From Croceibacterium sp. (GTDB lineage: Bacteria > Pseudomonadota > Alphaproteobacteria > Sphingomonadales > Sphingomonadaceae): a stretch of 61,188 bases of DNA. The notes under the pieces are model-generated. The model was not told the DNA's origin. It worked only from the letters and a program-made list of their open reading frames with translations, and did not search any database. This document shows, in pieces, positions 47,052 through 57,455 of this stretch (within the stretch, counting starts at the first letter, position 1; each line of letters begins with the position of its first letter). The stretch covers positions 1-61,188 of the forward strand of contig JANWHA010000034.1 of the NCBI GenBank assembly GCA_025450635.1, written 5' to 3'. Made by a program: the position numbers and the translations under genes.

Positions 47052-48221
47052 TCAGTCGGCCTTGAAGACATAGACCGGACCGACGTCGACCACTTGCGGC
47101 GCTTCGGCGAATTGCAGGGCGACCGTGGCTTTCCCGGCGGGAATCGCCTGCGTCGCGGTCGTCTGCAGGCGGATCAGCTGCCAGTTGGGCCCCACCGCCA
47201 CAAGGTGATCGGCGAAGCCGGGATAAGGCGGGTCGCTGCTCTGCACGCGCACGCCGACTTGCGCCTTGCCGTCCGCGGTGGCGGCGCTGACCGTCTTGAC
47301 GGCAAACGCGATGACCAGCTTGTCGCCTTCCGCGATGCCTTCGTCGAGCGCTATCGAGGTGCTGACATCCCAGCGGTTCTGGCCCTTCTGCGTCACCGTG
47401 AAGCGCGTCGCCTTGCCGAGCCAGATGCTCTTGTCGTCGAGCTGCGCGTAGGAGCCTGCCGGGCCGGAATTGCTCCAGTCGCGGGCGCCCGGCCGGTCGA
47501 TCAGCCGTCCGGCGCCTTGCAGCTGCGGCGGCAGATCGCTGGCAGCGGGGGGCGCAGCCGGGGCCGACGCGGCCTGCTGGAGCGGCCCGGAGGCCCCGAG
47601 AATTTTCGACGCGCCCTTGATCACGATGGTCTGGCCGATCTCGACCGTCTGCTTGGCGCCGGCCAGCTGCAAGGCGACGACCGCGACATCCTTGGCGACG
47701 TCGATGTTCGAAACCGCGCTGACCTCGTGCCATTGCCAGTCGGACCCGACCTTGACGGCGGCGTCGCCGAAGCCCGGCCAGGGATCGGCGTTCTGCTGGA
47801 AGCGGACATTGATCACGCCTTTGCCGTCGGGCGTCTCGGCAGCCAGCGTGCGGGCGTAGAAGCCGACCGTCACCGTGTCGCCCTTGGCGATCTTGCTCGT
47901 CAGCGGCACAAACGCCTGGATCGCATAGGGCTTGGGGTCCGCCTTGGGTATTTCGAAGTGGACCGCTGCTCCGCCGCCGGGGATCGCCGGGTCGACCACG
48001 CCGCGCGACTTGAAACCCTGGCCCTGGGTTGCCCATTCGAGGCTGGTGGGATCGTCGATCAGCGTGCCGGGCAATTGTTTCTGCAGGTTGGCCAGCGCCG
48101 CGGCGGCGGCCTCCCGATCCTTGGGCGGCGGAGGCCTCGACGGACCTGCGGCAACCTCGGCTGAGCCCCCCAGCGCAACCAGGACGGCGGAAATACTGGC
48201 GAGTGCGACCTTGCCTCTCAT
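47052..48221 (-). CDS. Secreted protein with two tandem CBM4/9-like beta-sandwich repeats, no catalytic domain seen
   Basis: Signal peptide; internal duplication (LIDDP/LIDRP, IAKGD/IAEGD, DGKG/DGKA, PWPGF/PYPGF, VGSDWQ/VGPNWQ, VALQL/VALQF) joined by an Ala/Pro linker. Confidence 0.7.
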   Translation of the reverse strand: MRGKVALASISAVLVALGGSAEVAAGPSRPPPPKDREAAAAALANLQKQLPGTLIDDPTSLEWATQGQGFKSRGVVDPAIPGGGAAVHFEIPKADPKPYAIQAFVPLTSKIAKGDTVTVGFYARTLAAETPDGKGVINVRFQQNADPWPGFGDAAVKVGSDWQWHEVSAVSNIDVAKDVAVVALQLAGAKQTVEIGQTIVIKGASKILGASGPLQQAASAPAAPPAASDLPPQLQGAGRLIDRPGARDWSNSGPAGSYAQLDDKSIWLGKATRFTVTQKGQNRWDVSTSIALDEGIAEGDKLVIAFAVKTVSAATADGKAQVGVRVQSSDPPYPGFADHLVAVGPNWQLIRLQTTATQAIPAGKATVALQFAEAPQVVDVGPVYVFKAD

Positions 48222-48233
48222 CGCTGCGGCTCC

Positions 48234-49232
48234 TTACTTCTCCGGTAGCCCAAACGCCCCGCGCAATCCCGGCAGCCAGCGCTTGGCGTTGTGATCGTAG
48301 AACGGGAATGTGTTGGTGTAAGCCCACGCACAGATGCCGACGCCGAGCGGCGTGAAGGCGTCGTGCACCGCGCGCGTATATTGCACCCGCTGGTCGAGCG
48401 GGATGTACCTGTCGTAGGCGCCGCTTTCGCCCATGAACGGCACCAGCCCGGTGCGCGCGACGTAGGCCTTCACCTTGGCCGCATCGTCGACCAGCCGTTG
48501 CGCATCGGCAGCAGTGCCATACGTCCGCCCGACCTTGGGCGGCGCGGGTTTCACCCAGCCGGCGCCTTGGTGCGTGAAGTCGAACGGCTCGTAATAGTGG
48601 AAGGTCGGGTAAAGGTTCGGATCGTCCGGGAGTTCCAGCGTCGCCAGCGAATCGATGCCCGACCAGTTCTCGCCGCCGATGATCACCGGCCGCCGCGGAT
48701 TGCTCGCCCGGATGGCGGCGAGCGCGGGGGCCAGCGTCGCCATCAGGTTGGCGTTGTCGAGCTTCTCGTGCGGCTCGTTCTCGATCTCGAACCACAGGCG
48801 CGAGGCCGGCCGGTCGGCGAAATGTACCGCGACCTGCCGCCAGATCGCCGCCAGCTTGGCGCTATTGGCCGCCGGGTCGGCGTCGAGCGCGTCGAAGTGG
48901 TGATCGTTGAGGATGACATTGAGATGCGCCGCCAGAGCCTGGTCGACCACCTCGGTTACGCGGGCCATCCATTTCGGATCGATCCGGGAATCCGGGCCGT
49001 CGCCGGTCTTGTCGGACCAGCGCACGGGAATGCGCACCGTGGCGAAGCCGGCGGCGCGGATTCGCTTGAAGTCCGCCGCCTCGATCCGCGCCCCGCCGTG
49101 GGCGGTCTCGCTCTGCCCCTCGAGCTGGTCGCCCATGTTGATACAGGCGCCGACCGGCAAGGCTCGCGGGGCATCCGCCGCCGCTGTGGTGGAAGCGAGC
49201 ATGGCCACGACGGCGAGAGACAAGATGCGCAC
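48234..49232 (-). CDS. GH5 endoglucanase-type glycoside hydrolase
   Basis: INMGD, VRIPVRW, ILNDHH, ENEPH (acid/base), FHYYEPFDFTHQGA, MGESG (nucleophile); signal peptide. Confidence 0.9.
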   Translation of the reverse strand: MRILSLAVVAMLASTTAAADAPRALPVGACINMGDQLEGQSETAHGGARIEAADFKRIRAAGFATVRIPVRWSDKTGDGPDSRIDPKWMARVTEVVDQALAAHLNVILNDHHFDALDADPAANSAKLAAIWRQVAVHFADRPASRLWFEIENEPHEKLDNANLMATLAPALAAIRASNPRRPVIIGGENWSGIDSLATLELPDDPNLYPTFHYYEPFDFTHQGAGWVKPAPPKVGRTYGTAADAQRLVDDAAKVKAYVARTGLVPFMGESGAYDRYIPLDQRVQYTRAVHDAFTPLGVGICAWAYTNTFPFYDHNAKRWLPGLRGAFGLPEK

Positions 49233-49241
49233 GGGTTCTCC

Positions 49242-50735
49242 TCAAAAATTGTCGGCGTAATGGCAGAATGACGCCCGCGGCTTGCCGGGTTCCATCGCGG
49301 TCTTGTGCTGGCCGAAGGCCATTTGCAGCGGGCGTTTCGGGTCCCAGCGCGGCCACTCCGGCCTGGCGGTCGCGCGCCCGGCCTTACCGTTGGGGTCGCC
49401 CGTCACCGCCAGCGCCGCCCAGTAATCCTGCATCGCCACGCCGCCCGGCAGGGCTTTGCGCTCGAACACCCAGCCGATTTCGTAGGCATGGCGGGTCAGG
49501 CCGCCATTCTCACCGACGTCGAACTCGTAGCGCCAGACCGGCCAGCCGTGGGCCGCCATCAGGTCGGCCAGGCGGTCGGCCGGGCAGTGGAACTGGACGT
49601 CGGATTCCATACGCAGCAACAGCGTACCGCGCCGCGGATCGGGCTCCTCCGCGTGGTAGGCCGCCAGCGCGGACGCCGCGTTCGCGCCGTACCAGTACCG
49701 GGCGAATTCGGTCTGGGCGGCCAGATCGGGGTCCTTGTCGCCTGGCCCGAATTCGACCTTGTCGGTGCCGATGATCACCGGCTTGGGCTGGTTCCTGGCA
49801 ATCAGCGCGTCAGGCGCTTCGGGCAGGACCTTACCGTCGATCGTCGTGCGCAGGAAGGTGAAGCTGGCGCCGCGCGTCGCAGGCTCGCCGAACTTCTCCT
49901 CCAGCTCGATCAGCGCGGCGGGCGAGGTCGAGCGCAGCTTGGCCAGGTCACCGGCCGCATCGGCGCTCTTGACGAACTCTTCGCCCAGCCTCTCCGCGTC
50001 GGCCAGGCTACGGTACGGCATGCCGAACCCCGGCGTGCCGCTTTCGAGGATGGCCTTGCGGAACAGCCCTTGCGCGGCCGGCGCGCCGAGCAGCAGCGAC
50101 ACATCCTCGGAGCCGGCGCTCTCGCCGACGATAGTGACATTTTCGGGGTCGCCGCCGAAGCGGGCGATGTTGTCATGCACCCAGCGGAGCGCGGCGATCT
50201 GGTCCATCAGGCCGTAATTGCCGCTCGTGCCCCCTTGCTCGGCGGACAGCTCGGGCGTCGACAGGAAACCGAGCACGCCAAGCCGGTATTGCAGCCCGAC
50301 CGCGACGACGCCCTGCTCGGTCCAGTCCGAATCCGCCGGGCCGCTCGACGAGCCCGAGCGATTGGAGCCCCCGTGGATCCACACCATCACCGGCCGCTTG
50401 CCGGTCAGCGAGGTGGTCTTGACGTCGAGCGTCAGGCAATCCTCGCTGGCATAGAGCCAGTTCGCGCGGTTCCAGCCTTCGGAGTATTGCAGGCAGGCGG
50501 GGCCGTTGCGCGTCCCATCGCGCACTCCTTGCCACGCGGGGACCGGCTGCGGCGCACGCCAGCGCAAGTCGCCCAGCGGGGGCGCCGCGTAAGGAATCGC
50601 CCGGAAGACCAGCGCATCATTGGTCGCCGTTCCGCGCACCTCGCCGCCCGGCACCGCGACAACCGGCGCCGCCGGCTGCGCCGAAGCCGCCGCGGCGGCG
50701 AGGCCTATCGGCGCGAGAGCGGCCGTCAGCCGCAA
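49242..50735 (-). CDS. Type-B carboxylesterase, secreted
   Basis: IPYAAPPLGDLRW, SEDCLTL, WIHGGS, GNYGLMDQ, FGGDPENVT, GESAG, HAYEI. Start tentatively TTG 50735. Confidence 0.88.
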   Translation of the reverse strand: MRLTAALAPIGLAAAAASAQPAAPVVAVPGGEVRGTATNDALVFRAIPYAAPPLGDLRWRAPQPVPAWQGVRDGTRNGPACLQYSEGWNRANWLYASEDCLTLDVKTTSLTGKRPVMVWIHGGSNRSGSSSGPADSDWTEQGVVAVGLQYRLGVLGFLSTPELSAEQGGTSGNYGLMDQIAALRWVHDNIARFGGDPENVTIVGESAGSEDVSLLLGAPAAQGLFRKAILESGTPGFGMPYRSLADAERLGEEFVKSADAAGDLAKLRSTSPAALIELEEKFGEPATRGASFTFLRTTIDGKVLPEAPDALIARNQPKPVIIGTDKVEFGPGDKDPDLAAQTEFARYWYGANAASALAAYHAEEPDPRRGTLLLRMESDVQFHCPADRLADLMAAHGWPVWRYEFDVGENGGLTRHAYEIGWVFERKALPGGVAMQDYWAALAVTGDPNGKAGRATARPEWPRWDPKRPLQMAFGQHKTAMEPGKPRASFCHYADNF

Positions 50736-53233
50736 GGCAGCACTTGCTCCGCGTCGGTGCCGAGACGCACTTCGGACAGCGAATAGTCGGCCGGGCCGGT
50801 TGTTTCGAGGATGAACGGCGCGGTCACCTTGGTCATGTCCGCGCCCTTGGCGGCGAAACACTTGAGCGGCACGCCATAGCGCACGTACTTGCCGTTGGCC
50901 GGCAGGCTCACCGGCACGCGTGCACCGCAGTCCGAACCGTCGCAGCGCAGCGCCACGGCGGCGCTGGCTGGCGCCTTGTCGACCTTGACCGTGAACAGCA
51001 CCAGCACGTCGCCGTTGGTTTCGCGGCTGACGTTGATCGGGTCGTGGCTCGACACCGCCAGCGCCGCCCCGCCGTCGCTCACCTGCACGCGCCGCGCGCC
51101 TTCCTGGACTGCCGCGTCTGCCGCCGTGACCTTCGCCCGTCCGCCGATTGCGTCCGCCGGAACGGTGGTGATGCGCTTTTCGTCGGCCCGGTCGATATTG
51201 CCGAGGATGAGCGACCAGCTCGCCGCGGGCACGCCGTTGGCGAAATAGACCCGTGCGTCGCGCGCATCGCCGGCGATCTCCGGCAAGGCCTTCCACGGCG
51301 CGCGCCCCGATTTGTAGCTCAGGCCATAGCCGAACGGGAACAGCGCGCCGTCGGCCATGCTCGGCGTCTTCGGCCACGCGGCGGGAAGCTTGCCCTTGAA
51401 ATCGTAGCGCGGCTTGCCGGCGGCGTCCCCGATGAGCACGTCGGCCAGTCCCTCCCCCTCGGTGCCGGGCAGCCAGGCGACAACGAATGCATCGGCCGCG
51501 TTGAGTGCCGGGTTCACCTCAAGCGGGCGCCCGGTGATCATCACCGCCACCACCGGAATGCCTTGCGCCTTGAGCTTCTTCATCGTCGCATAGGGCCCGG
51601 TGAGGTCCGCATCGAGCGCCAGCGTCGCGCGGTCGCCCTGGAATTCGGCGTAAGGCTTTTCGCCGAACACAACGACCGCCGCGTCCGGCTTCTCGGTGAA
51701 GCTGCCGTCGTGCGAGAGCTGCGCGCTGCCGCCGGCCGCGTTCACGGCTTCTTTGAGGCCCTGCCACAGCGTCGTCGAGCCCGGGAACATCGAGTTGGTC
51801 AGGCCTGTCCCCTGCCAGCTGATCGTCCAGCCGCCCGAAGCGCGCGAGACGTCGTCGGCGCCCTCGCCCGCCACCAGCAGCCGCCCGCCCGGCTTCAGCG
51901 GCAGCGCGCCGTCGTTCTTGAGTAGCACCAGCGACTCTCGCACGGCCTGCCGGGCGATCGCCCTGTGCTCGGGCGAGCCGAGGATGTTCCACTGCCCGGC
52001 GAGCGGACGGCTCGAGGGCTTCCCGGCAGTGAACACACCGAGGCGAAATTTCACGCGCAGGATGCGCGACACCGCGTCGTCGATCCGGCTCATCGGGATC
52101 GTCCCGGCCTTGGCCCGCGCCAGGAGGTCGTTGTAGATCGGCTTCCAGCTGTCCGGCGCCATGTACATGTCGAGACCCGCCATCAGCGCCTGCGGGCAGC
52201 TGTCATTGGTACAGCCCTCCACCTGGCCGTGGGCGTTCCAGTCCGACACGACGAACCCGCCGAAACCCATCCGGTCCTTGAGCACTCCGGTGATGAGCGA
52301 TTTGTTGCCGGTCATCTTGCGGCCCTGCCAGCTCGAGAAGCTGACCATTACGGTAGCGACGCCGTTCTCGATCGCCTGTCCGTAAGGGAGGCCGTGGATA
52401 TCGCGCAGCTCCTTCTCGGAGATCTGCGCGTCGCCCTGATCGACGCCGTTCTTGGTGCCGCCGTCGGCGAGGAAGTGCTTCGTCGAGGCGATGACTTTGT
52501 CGCGCGCCAGCAAGTTGGGCTTGTCGGGCGGGCCCTGCAGCCCGCGGACCATCGCCCCGACGTAAGACGCGACCAGTTGAGGATTGGAGGAATAGCCTTC
52601 GTAAGCCCGGCCCCAGCGATAGTCCTGCGGCACGGTGACGGTCGGCGCGAAAGTCCATTCTTGCCCCGTCACGCGCACTTCCTGCGCCGTCGCCGCGCCG
52701 ATCTTCTCGATCAGCGCCGGGTCTCGCATCGCGCCGAGGCCGATGTTGTGCGGGAAGACGGTCGCGCCGATGATGTTGGCATGGCCGTGGACCGCGTCGA
52801 TGCCCCAGATTTCCGGGATGCCGACGCCGCCGTCCGACTTGTCGACCGAGGCGAGGTAGAATGCGTCGGCCGCCTTGAGCCAGTCGCGCGCGGGGGCAAA
52901 GTCGTTGCCATTCGGGCCGCTGTTGCCGCCGACCAGGATCGAGCCGAGGTGGTATTTCTTCACGTCCGCGGGCGTCACCGAGCCGAGGTCCGCCTGGACG
53001 AGCTGGCCAACCTTCTCCTCGATGGTCATGCGCTTGAGCAGGTCGGCGATCTTCGCCTCGACCGCCGGGTCGCGCGGCACCGGGTAATGGTACTTCGGCC
53101 AGATCGCCGGATGGGCGAGGCCGTGGCCGTCGGTCGGCTGCGAAGCGGTCGGCTGCGGCTCGGCCCACGCGGCCGCGCTACCGACGGCCAACGCGGCGAC
53201 GGCGCCCAAAACGAATCGCATGGATGCGTGCAA
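50726..53233 (-). CDS. GH3 exo-1,3/1,4-beta-glucanase-type glucosidase with C-terminal galactose-binding-like domain
   Basis: GIDAVHGH, FPHNIGLG, RWGRAYE, KHFLADGG, SDWNA, GEKPYAEFQGD, C-terminal VPLKCF domain. Confidence 0.9.
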   Translation of the reverse strand: MHASMRFVLGAVAALAVGSAAAWAEPQPTASQPTDGHGLAHPAIWPKYHYPVPRDPAVEAKIADLLKRMTIEEKVGQLVQADLGSVTPADVKKYHLGSILVGGNSGPNGNDFAPARDWLKAADAFYLASVDKSDGGVGIPEIWGIDAVHGHANIIGATVFPHNIGLGAMRDPALIEKIGAATAQEVRVTGQEWTFAPTVTVPQDYRWGRAYEGYSSNPQLVASYVGAMVRGLQGPPDKPNLLARDKVIASTKHFLADGGTKNGVDQGDAQISEKELRDIHGLPYGQAIENGVATVMVSFSSWQGRKMTGNKSLITGVLKDRMGFGGFVVSDWNAHGQVEGCTNDSCPQALMAGLDMYMAPDSWKPIYNDLLARAKAGTIPMSRIDDAVSRILRVKFRLGVFTAGKPSSRPLAGQWNILGSPEHRAIARQAVRESLVLLKNDGALPLKPGGRLLVAGEGADDVSRASGGWTISWQGTGLTNSMFPGSTTLWQGLKEAVNAAGGSAQLSHDGSFTEKPDAAVVVFGEKPYAEFQGDRATLALDADLTGPYATMKKLKAQGIPVVAVMITGRPLEVNPALNAADAFVVAWLPGTEGEGLADVLIGDAAGKPRYDFKGKLPAAWPKTPSMADGALFPFGYGLSYKSGRAPWKALPEIAGDARDARVYFANGVPAASWSLILGNIDRADEKRITTVPADAIGGRAKVTAADAAVQEGARRVQVSDGGAALAVSSHDPINVSRETNGDVLVLFTVKVDKAPASAAVALRCDGSDCGARVPVSLPANGKYVRYGVPLKCFAAKGADMTKVTAPFILETTGPADYSLSEVRLGTDAEQVLPCG

Positions 53234-53297
53234 GACGGCTTCTCCCCCGAATGCCGCCCCGCCCGCTTCGGTGCGAATTGTCGCGGCCTCGCAGGCA

Positions 53298-53311
53298 TGG
53301 TAGCGCTATCA
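53298..53311. promoter_or_regulatory. LacI/XylR-type operator (site 5)
   Basis: TGGTAGCGCTATCA (reverse complement of sites 3/4) between divergent GH3 and the GH5 mannanase. Confidence 0.9.
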
Positions 53312-53345
53312 TCGAGCGATGCAAGAGCGCGGGAAGGAAAGTGGC

Positions 53346-54680
53346 ATGGCGGGGCAGGATTTCGTGCTCGACCGGCGTTCGTTGCTGAGCGGAATCGGCG
53401 CCGCGGGCCTCGCCGGGTGCGCGAGCGTGCCGCCCGGCGTCGGCGACCGCTTCGTCCGCCGCGAGGGGATGCGTTTCACCCGCGGCGGACGGCCATATCG
53501 CTATGCCGGCGCCAACGCCTGGTACTTCGCCTGGCTCGGCAGCGACACGAAATACGGCGACCGCAAACGGCTCGGGCGCGAACTCGACCGGCTGCACGCG
53601 ATCGGCGTGCGCAACGTGCGCCTGCTCGCCGGGGCCGAGGAAAGCCCGGTCAGGAACAGCATCAAGCCCGGCTTCGAGGTCCGCGACGGCACGCTCAACA
53701 CCGCGCTGCTCCAGGGCCTCGACGTGGCGATGGCCGAACTCGGCAAACGCGACATGACCGCGGTGCTGTACCTGACCAATTTTTGGGAATGGTCGGGCGG
53801 AATGATGAGCCGGGTTTACTGGGAGACCGGCAAATACAAGAACATGAACGATCCGGCCGATCCGTGGCCCGCGTTCCCCGACGCGGCGAGCGCATTCTAC
53901 GCCAACCTGGCGGCGGTGAAGCGCTTCTTCGGCTACGTGCGGATGCTGATCGGGCGCACCAACAGCGTCACCGGCACCGCCTATCGCGACGACCCCACCT
54001 TGATGGCCTGGCAGCTCGCCAACGAACCGCGCCCCGGGGTCTCCCCGGCGGTGATGCAGGCGATCCTGCCGGCCTATTACCAATGGATCGACGACAGCGC
54101 GGCGCTGATCCGCTCGCTCGATCCCAACCACCTCGTCTCGCTCGGCATGGAAGGCACGATCGCCACCAACGGCGACACGGCGATCGTTTCCCGCGCGCAC
54201 CAAAACATCGACTACATGACCACGCACATCTGGCCGCTCAACTGGGGCTGGGTCGACGGCAAGAACCTCGCCGGCACGTGGGAGCCGGGCAAGGCCAAGG
54301 TGGTCGACTACATCGACACCCACGTCCGCCTGGCGCGCGAATCAGGCAAGCCGCTGGTGTTCGAAGAATTCGGCTTCCCGCGCGACGGCGAGCTGTACGA
54401 TCCTTCCGTGCCCACGAGCTTCCGCGAGCGCTACTACCGCCTGATCTACGGCGCCGCCGAGGCCAGCCTCGCTGCGGGCGGCCCGGTCCAGGGCACCTAC
54501 TTCTGGGCCTGGAACGGCGAAGCGCGCGCGCAGCATCCGGATCATCGCTTCCACGCGGGCGACACCCAGTACATGGGCGACCCGCCGCACGAACCGCAAG
54601 GCTGGTACGGCAATTTCGACAGCGATACCGCGATACTCGCGATCGTTCGGCACCACGCCAAGGCGTTCGCCACCGCCTAG
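53346..54680 (+). CDS. GH5 (subfamily 7-like) beta-mannanase/mannosidase, Tat lipoprotein
   Basis: DRRSLL plus LAGC lipobox; GANAW, NFWEWSGG, WQLANEPR, HIWPLNWGW, EEFG, GDPPHEPQGWY. Confidence 0.9.
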   Translation: MAGQDFVLDRRSLLSGIGAAGLAGCASVPPGVGDRFVRREGMRFTRGGRPYRYAGANAWYFAWLGSDTKYGDRKRLGRELDRLHAIGVRNVRLLAGAEESPVRNSIKPGFEVRDGTLNTALLQGLDVAMAELGKRDMTAVLYLTNFWEWSGGMMSRVYWETGKYKNMNDPADPWPAFPDAASAFYANLAAVKRFFGYVRMLIGRTNSVTGTAYRDDPTLMAWQLANEPRPGVSPAVMQAILPAYYQWIDDSAALIRSLDPNHLVSLGMEGTIATNGDTAIVSRAHQNIDYMTTHIWPLNWGWVDGKNLAGTWEPGKAKVVDYIDTHVRLARESGKPLVFEEFGFPRDGELYDPSVPTSFRERYYRLIYGAAEASLAAGGPVQGTYFWAWNGEARAQHPDHRFHAGDTQYMGDPPHEPQGWYGNFDSDTAILAIVRHHAKAFATA

Positions 54681-54699
54681 TCTTCCAGCGAACCGATAC

Positions 54700-56061
54700 T
54701 CATAGCGCTCCCTCGATAAAGGCGCGCTCGACCGCGTTCGGGCGCCACGGGGACGCGAGCAAGCCGCCGGGCCCGAACAGCGCCGGCACGATTCCGCTTG
54801 CGCCGTTCTCGCGCCATGCCGCGGCCAGCTCCCCCGCCAGCGGATCGTCGACCCCCGCCCCGCCGCGCACATGCCGCAGCCACGCGGCGAGCGCGGTTAG
54901 CGTTGCTTGACACCACTCCCCGCGCCGCTGATGAACCGCGAGACTGGCGAGCCAGCGCTGCGGAATCTTCTGGCTGCCGTCCATCGCGATCTGCGCCAGG
55001 CGATGCCTGAGTGCGGGATTAGCGAAGCGGGCCAGCAGCGCGTCGGCATAGGCGCCGAGGTCCTGGCCTCTCGCCGGCTCGAAGCTCGCCGCCGCCTCGC
55101 GCCGCATCAATTGCTCGACGAGCGGCCGCAGCGCCGGATCGGCAATCGCCTGGTCGACGAATTCATGCCCCCGCTCGAGCCCCAGGTACGCCATCGCCGA
55201 ATGCGCGCCGTTGAGCACGCGCAGCTTGGCGGTCTCGTAGGGCGCGACGTCGGCGACCAATTGCGCGCCAACCTTGTCCCATCCGGGGCACGGGCCGGCG
55301 AAGCGGTCCTCGATCACCCACTGGCTGAACGGCTCGGCGAACACCGCGCCCTCGTCGCGCAGGCCTAAACACCCTTCAACCGAGTCGAGGTCGCCGGGCG
55401 TCGTCGCCGGGACGATGCGGTCGACCATTGTGTTGGGGCAGCGACACTCCGCTTCGAACCATCCGACCAGGTCCGGCTCGCGAAGTGCCAGCCACTGGCG
55501 CACCAGCCGTTCGAGCTGGCGGCCGTTGCCCGGCAGGTTGTCGCAGGAGAGCAGCGTCAGTCCGGGGAGGCCTGCGTTACGGCGTTCGGCCAGACCCTCG
55601 GCGAGAAGCTGATAGAAGCTCGCCTCGGCTAGCGTGGAATCTAGCGAACCGTCGGCTGCGCGCGCGTAGCCCTTTTCGGTGACGGTGAAGCTGACGACAT
55701 GGCATTCCAGCATCGCCATGTGCCGGACGATGGCCGCGCGGTCGCGCTCGCCGACGAGGGCTTCGCGCACCGAGCCGACGATGCGGGTCGTGTCGCCCGC
55801 GCCGCCGCGCTCGGTGAGGCTGTACAAGCTATCCTGCGGGCTAAGCTGCCGCGCCACCCCGTCGGATCGCAGCGACACCCCGGCGATGCCCCATCCCCGC
55901 TCGCCGCCGCTGATCGCGAGGTCGGTGTACCAGGCCTCGTGCGCGCGGTGGAACGCGCCGAGGCCGAAGTGGACGATGCCCACGGCCTGCGCGTCGCGAT
56001 CGTAATCGAAGCACGCCACGTCTGCCGGCAGCCGGTCGAGCGTGGCCGGCGACAGCCTCAC
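54700..56061 (-). CDS. uxuB: Mannitol dehydrogenase family, probable D-mannonate oxidoreductase
   Basis: HFGLGAFHRAH, TVTEKGY, SCDNL, MVDRIVP, KLRVLNGAH, QIAMDGSQK; coupled to uxaC. Confidence 0.87.
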   Translation of the reverse strand: MRLSPATLDRLPADVACFDYDRDAQAVGIVHFGLGAFHRAHEAWYTDLAISGGERGWGIAGVSLRSDGVARQLSPQDSLYSLTERGGAGDTTRIVGSVREALVGERDRAAIVRHMAMLECHVVSFTVTEKGYARAADGSLDSTLAEASFYQLLAEGLAERRNAGLPGLTLLSCDNLPGNGRQLERLVRQWLALREPDLVGWFEAECRCPNTMVDRIVPATTPGDLDSVEGCLGLRDEGAVFAEPFSQWVIEDRFAGPCPGWDKVGAQLVADVAPYETAKLRVLNGAHSAMAYLGLERGHEFVDQAIADPALRPLVEQLMRREAAASFEPARGQDLGAYADALLARFANPALRHRLAQIAMDGSQKIPQRWLASLAVHQRRGEWCQATLTALAAWLRHVRGGAGVDDPLAGELAAAWRENGASGIVPALFGPGGLLASPWRPNAVERAFIEGAL

Positions 56062-57455
56062 AGCCGATAGGCTTGCTTAGCGAGATCGTAGGCGAGCGCC
56101 CGGGCGACCTCGTGCGCCTCGTCGAGCTCCAGCCGGTGTTCGGCCACCAGCTCGGCGAGGAAGCCGCAGTCGATCCTCCGGGCCACGTCGTGCCGCGCCG
56201 GGATCGACAGGAAGGCCCGCGTATCGTCGTTGAAGCCGACGGTGTTGTAGAACCCGGCGGTCTCGGTGGTCGTCCGGCGGAAGCGGCGCATGCCCTCGGG
56301 GCTGTCGTGGAACCACCAGGCGGGCCCCAGGCGGAGGCAGGGGTAATGCCCGGCGAGTGGCGCCAGCTCGCGGGCGTAGGCGCTCTCGTCGAGGGTGAAG
56401 AGGATCAGCGTGAAGTCGCGCTCGTTGCCGAAGCGATCGAGCAGCGGTTTGAGCGCCTGGATGTAATCGGTGCGCGTCGGAATGTCGGCGCCCTTATCGC
56501 GGCCGTGAGCGGCGAATAGCCTGGCATTGTGATTGCGGAAGCTGCCCGGGTGGATCTGCATCACCAGCCCGTCATCGAGGCTCATCGCGGCCATTTCGGT
56601 GAGCATCTGCGCGCGGAACAGTTCGGCGTCCCACGACGAGAAATCGCCCGCTAAAATACGCCCGAACAGCGCCTCGGTTTCTCGGGCCGACAAATCTTCG
56701 GTACGGGCGCTGGGATGGCCGTGATCGGTCGAGGTGGCGCCCATGGCCTTGAATACGGTGCGGCGCGCTCGATGCGCGGCGAGGTAGCCGCCCCACGTGC
56801 GGCAGTCCTCGCCGGTGAGCCCCGACAGCTCATCGAGGTTCGCCTGGAATCCCTCGAACTCGGGATCGACAACGGGATCCGGTCGGTAGGCGGTGATCAC
56901 CCGACCGTGCCAGCCGCTCTCGCGGATGGCGCGGTGGTGGTCCAGCGTGTCGAGCGGGCTTTCGGTTGTGGCGAGGACCTCGATGTTGAACCGTTCGAAC
57001 AGCGCGCGCGGCTGGAATCCGGGATGGTGCAAGGCCGCTGTGATGGTGTCGAAGTAGAGATCGGCCGTCTCACCCTCCAGCCGCACCTCGAGCCCGAACA
57101 CTTCGGCGAAGACCCAGTCGAGCCACAGGCGCGACGGTGTGCCGCGGAACAAATGGTAATGCTCCGCAAATATCCGCCACCCCTCGCGCGGATCGGCCGC
57201 TGCGCCGATGCCGAGCGCTGCCAGCGGCACGCCTTGCGAATAGAGCATGCGAAACAGGTAATGGTCGGGCTGGAGCAGCAGCTCCGTAGCATTGCCGAAC
57301 GGCTCGTTGCGCGCGAACCAGGCGGCGTCGGTATGGCCATGCGGGCTGACGATCGGCAGCGCCGTCACCTGATCGTAAAGCTCGCGCGCAATCGCCCGCA
57401 CACCGGGCTCTGCCGGAAACAGGCGGTCGGGATGCAGTTCGAGCTTGTGTGCCAG
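56058..57455 (-). CDS. uxaC: Uronate (glucuronate) isomerase
   Basis: [52 protein letters not shown]. Start is either CTG 57455 (AGGAGG 6 nt upstream) or GTG 57470. Confidence 0.95.
   Translation of the reverse strand: MAHKLELHPDRLFPAEPGVRAIARELYDQVTALPIVSPHGHTDAAWFARNEPFGNATELLLQPDHYLFRMLYSQGVPLAALGIGAAADPREGWRIFAEHYHLFRGTPSRLWLDWVFAEVFGLEVRLEGETADLYFDTITAALHHPGFQPRALFERFNIEVLATTESPLDTLDHHRAIRESGWHGRVITAYRPDPVVDPEFEGFQANLDELSGLTGEDCRTWGGYLAAHRARRTVFKAMGATSTDHGHPSARTEDLSARETEALFGRILAGDFSSWDAELFRAQMLTEMAAMSLDDGLVMQIHPGSFRNHNARLFAAHGRDKGADIPTRTDYIQALKPLLDRFGNERDFTLILFTLDESAYARELAPLAGHYPCLRLGPAWWFHDSPEGMRRFRRTTTETAGFYNTVGFNDDTRAFLSIPARHDVARRIDCGFLAELVAEHRLELDEAHEVARALAYDLAKQAYRL

Noticed and set aside
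47043-47056. TAGCGCT half-match to the operator (also near 19641 and 54703)
   Set aside because: Incomplete palindromes at convergent stop codons or mid-CDS; explained by coding sequence.
51965-54910. Long alternative-frame ORFs (981 aa here; also 30675-33275, 16600-19059, 22984-24858, 39035-40909, 6655-8259)
   Set aside because: Arg/Ala/Gly-rich shadow ORFs overlapping genes with clear family motifs; expected in high-GC DNA.
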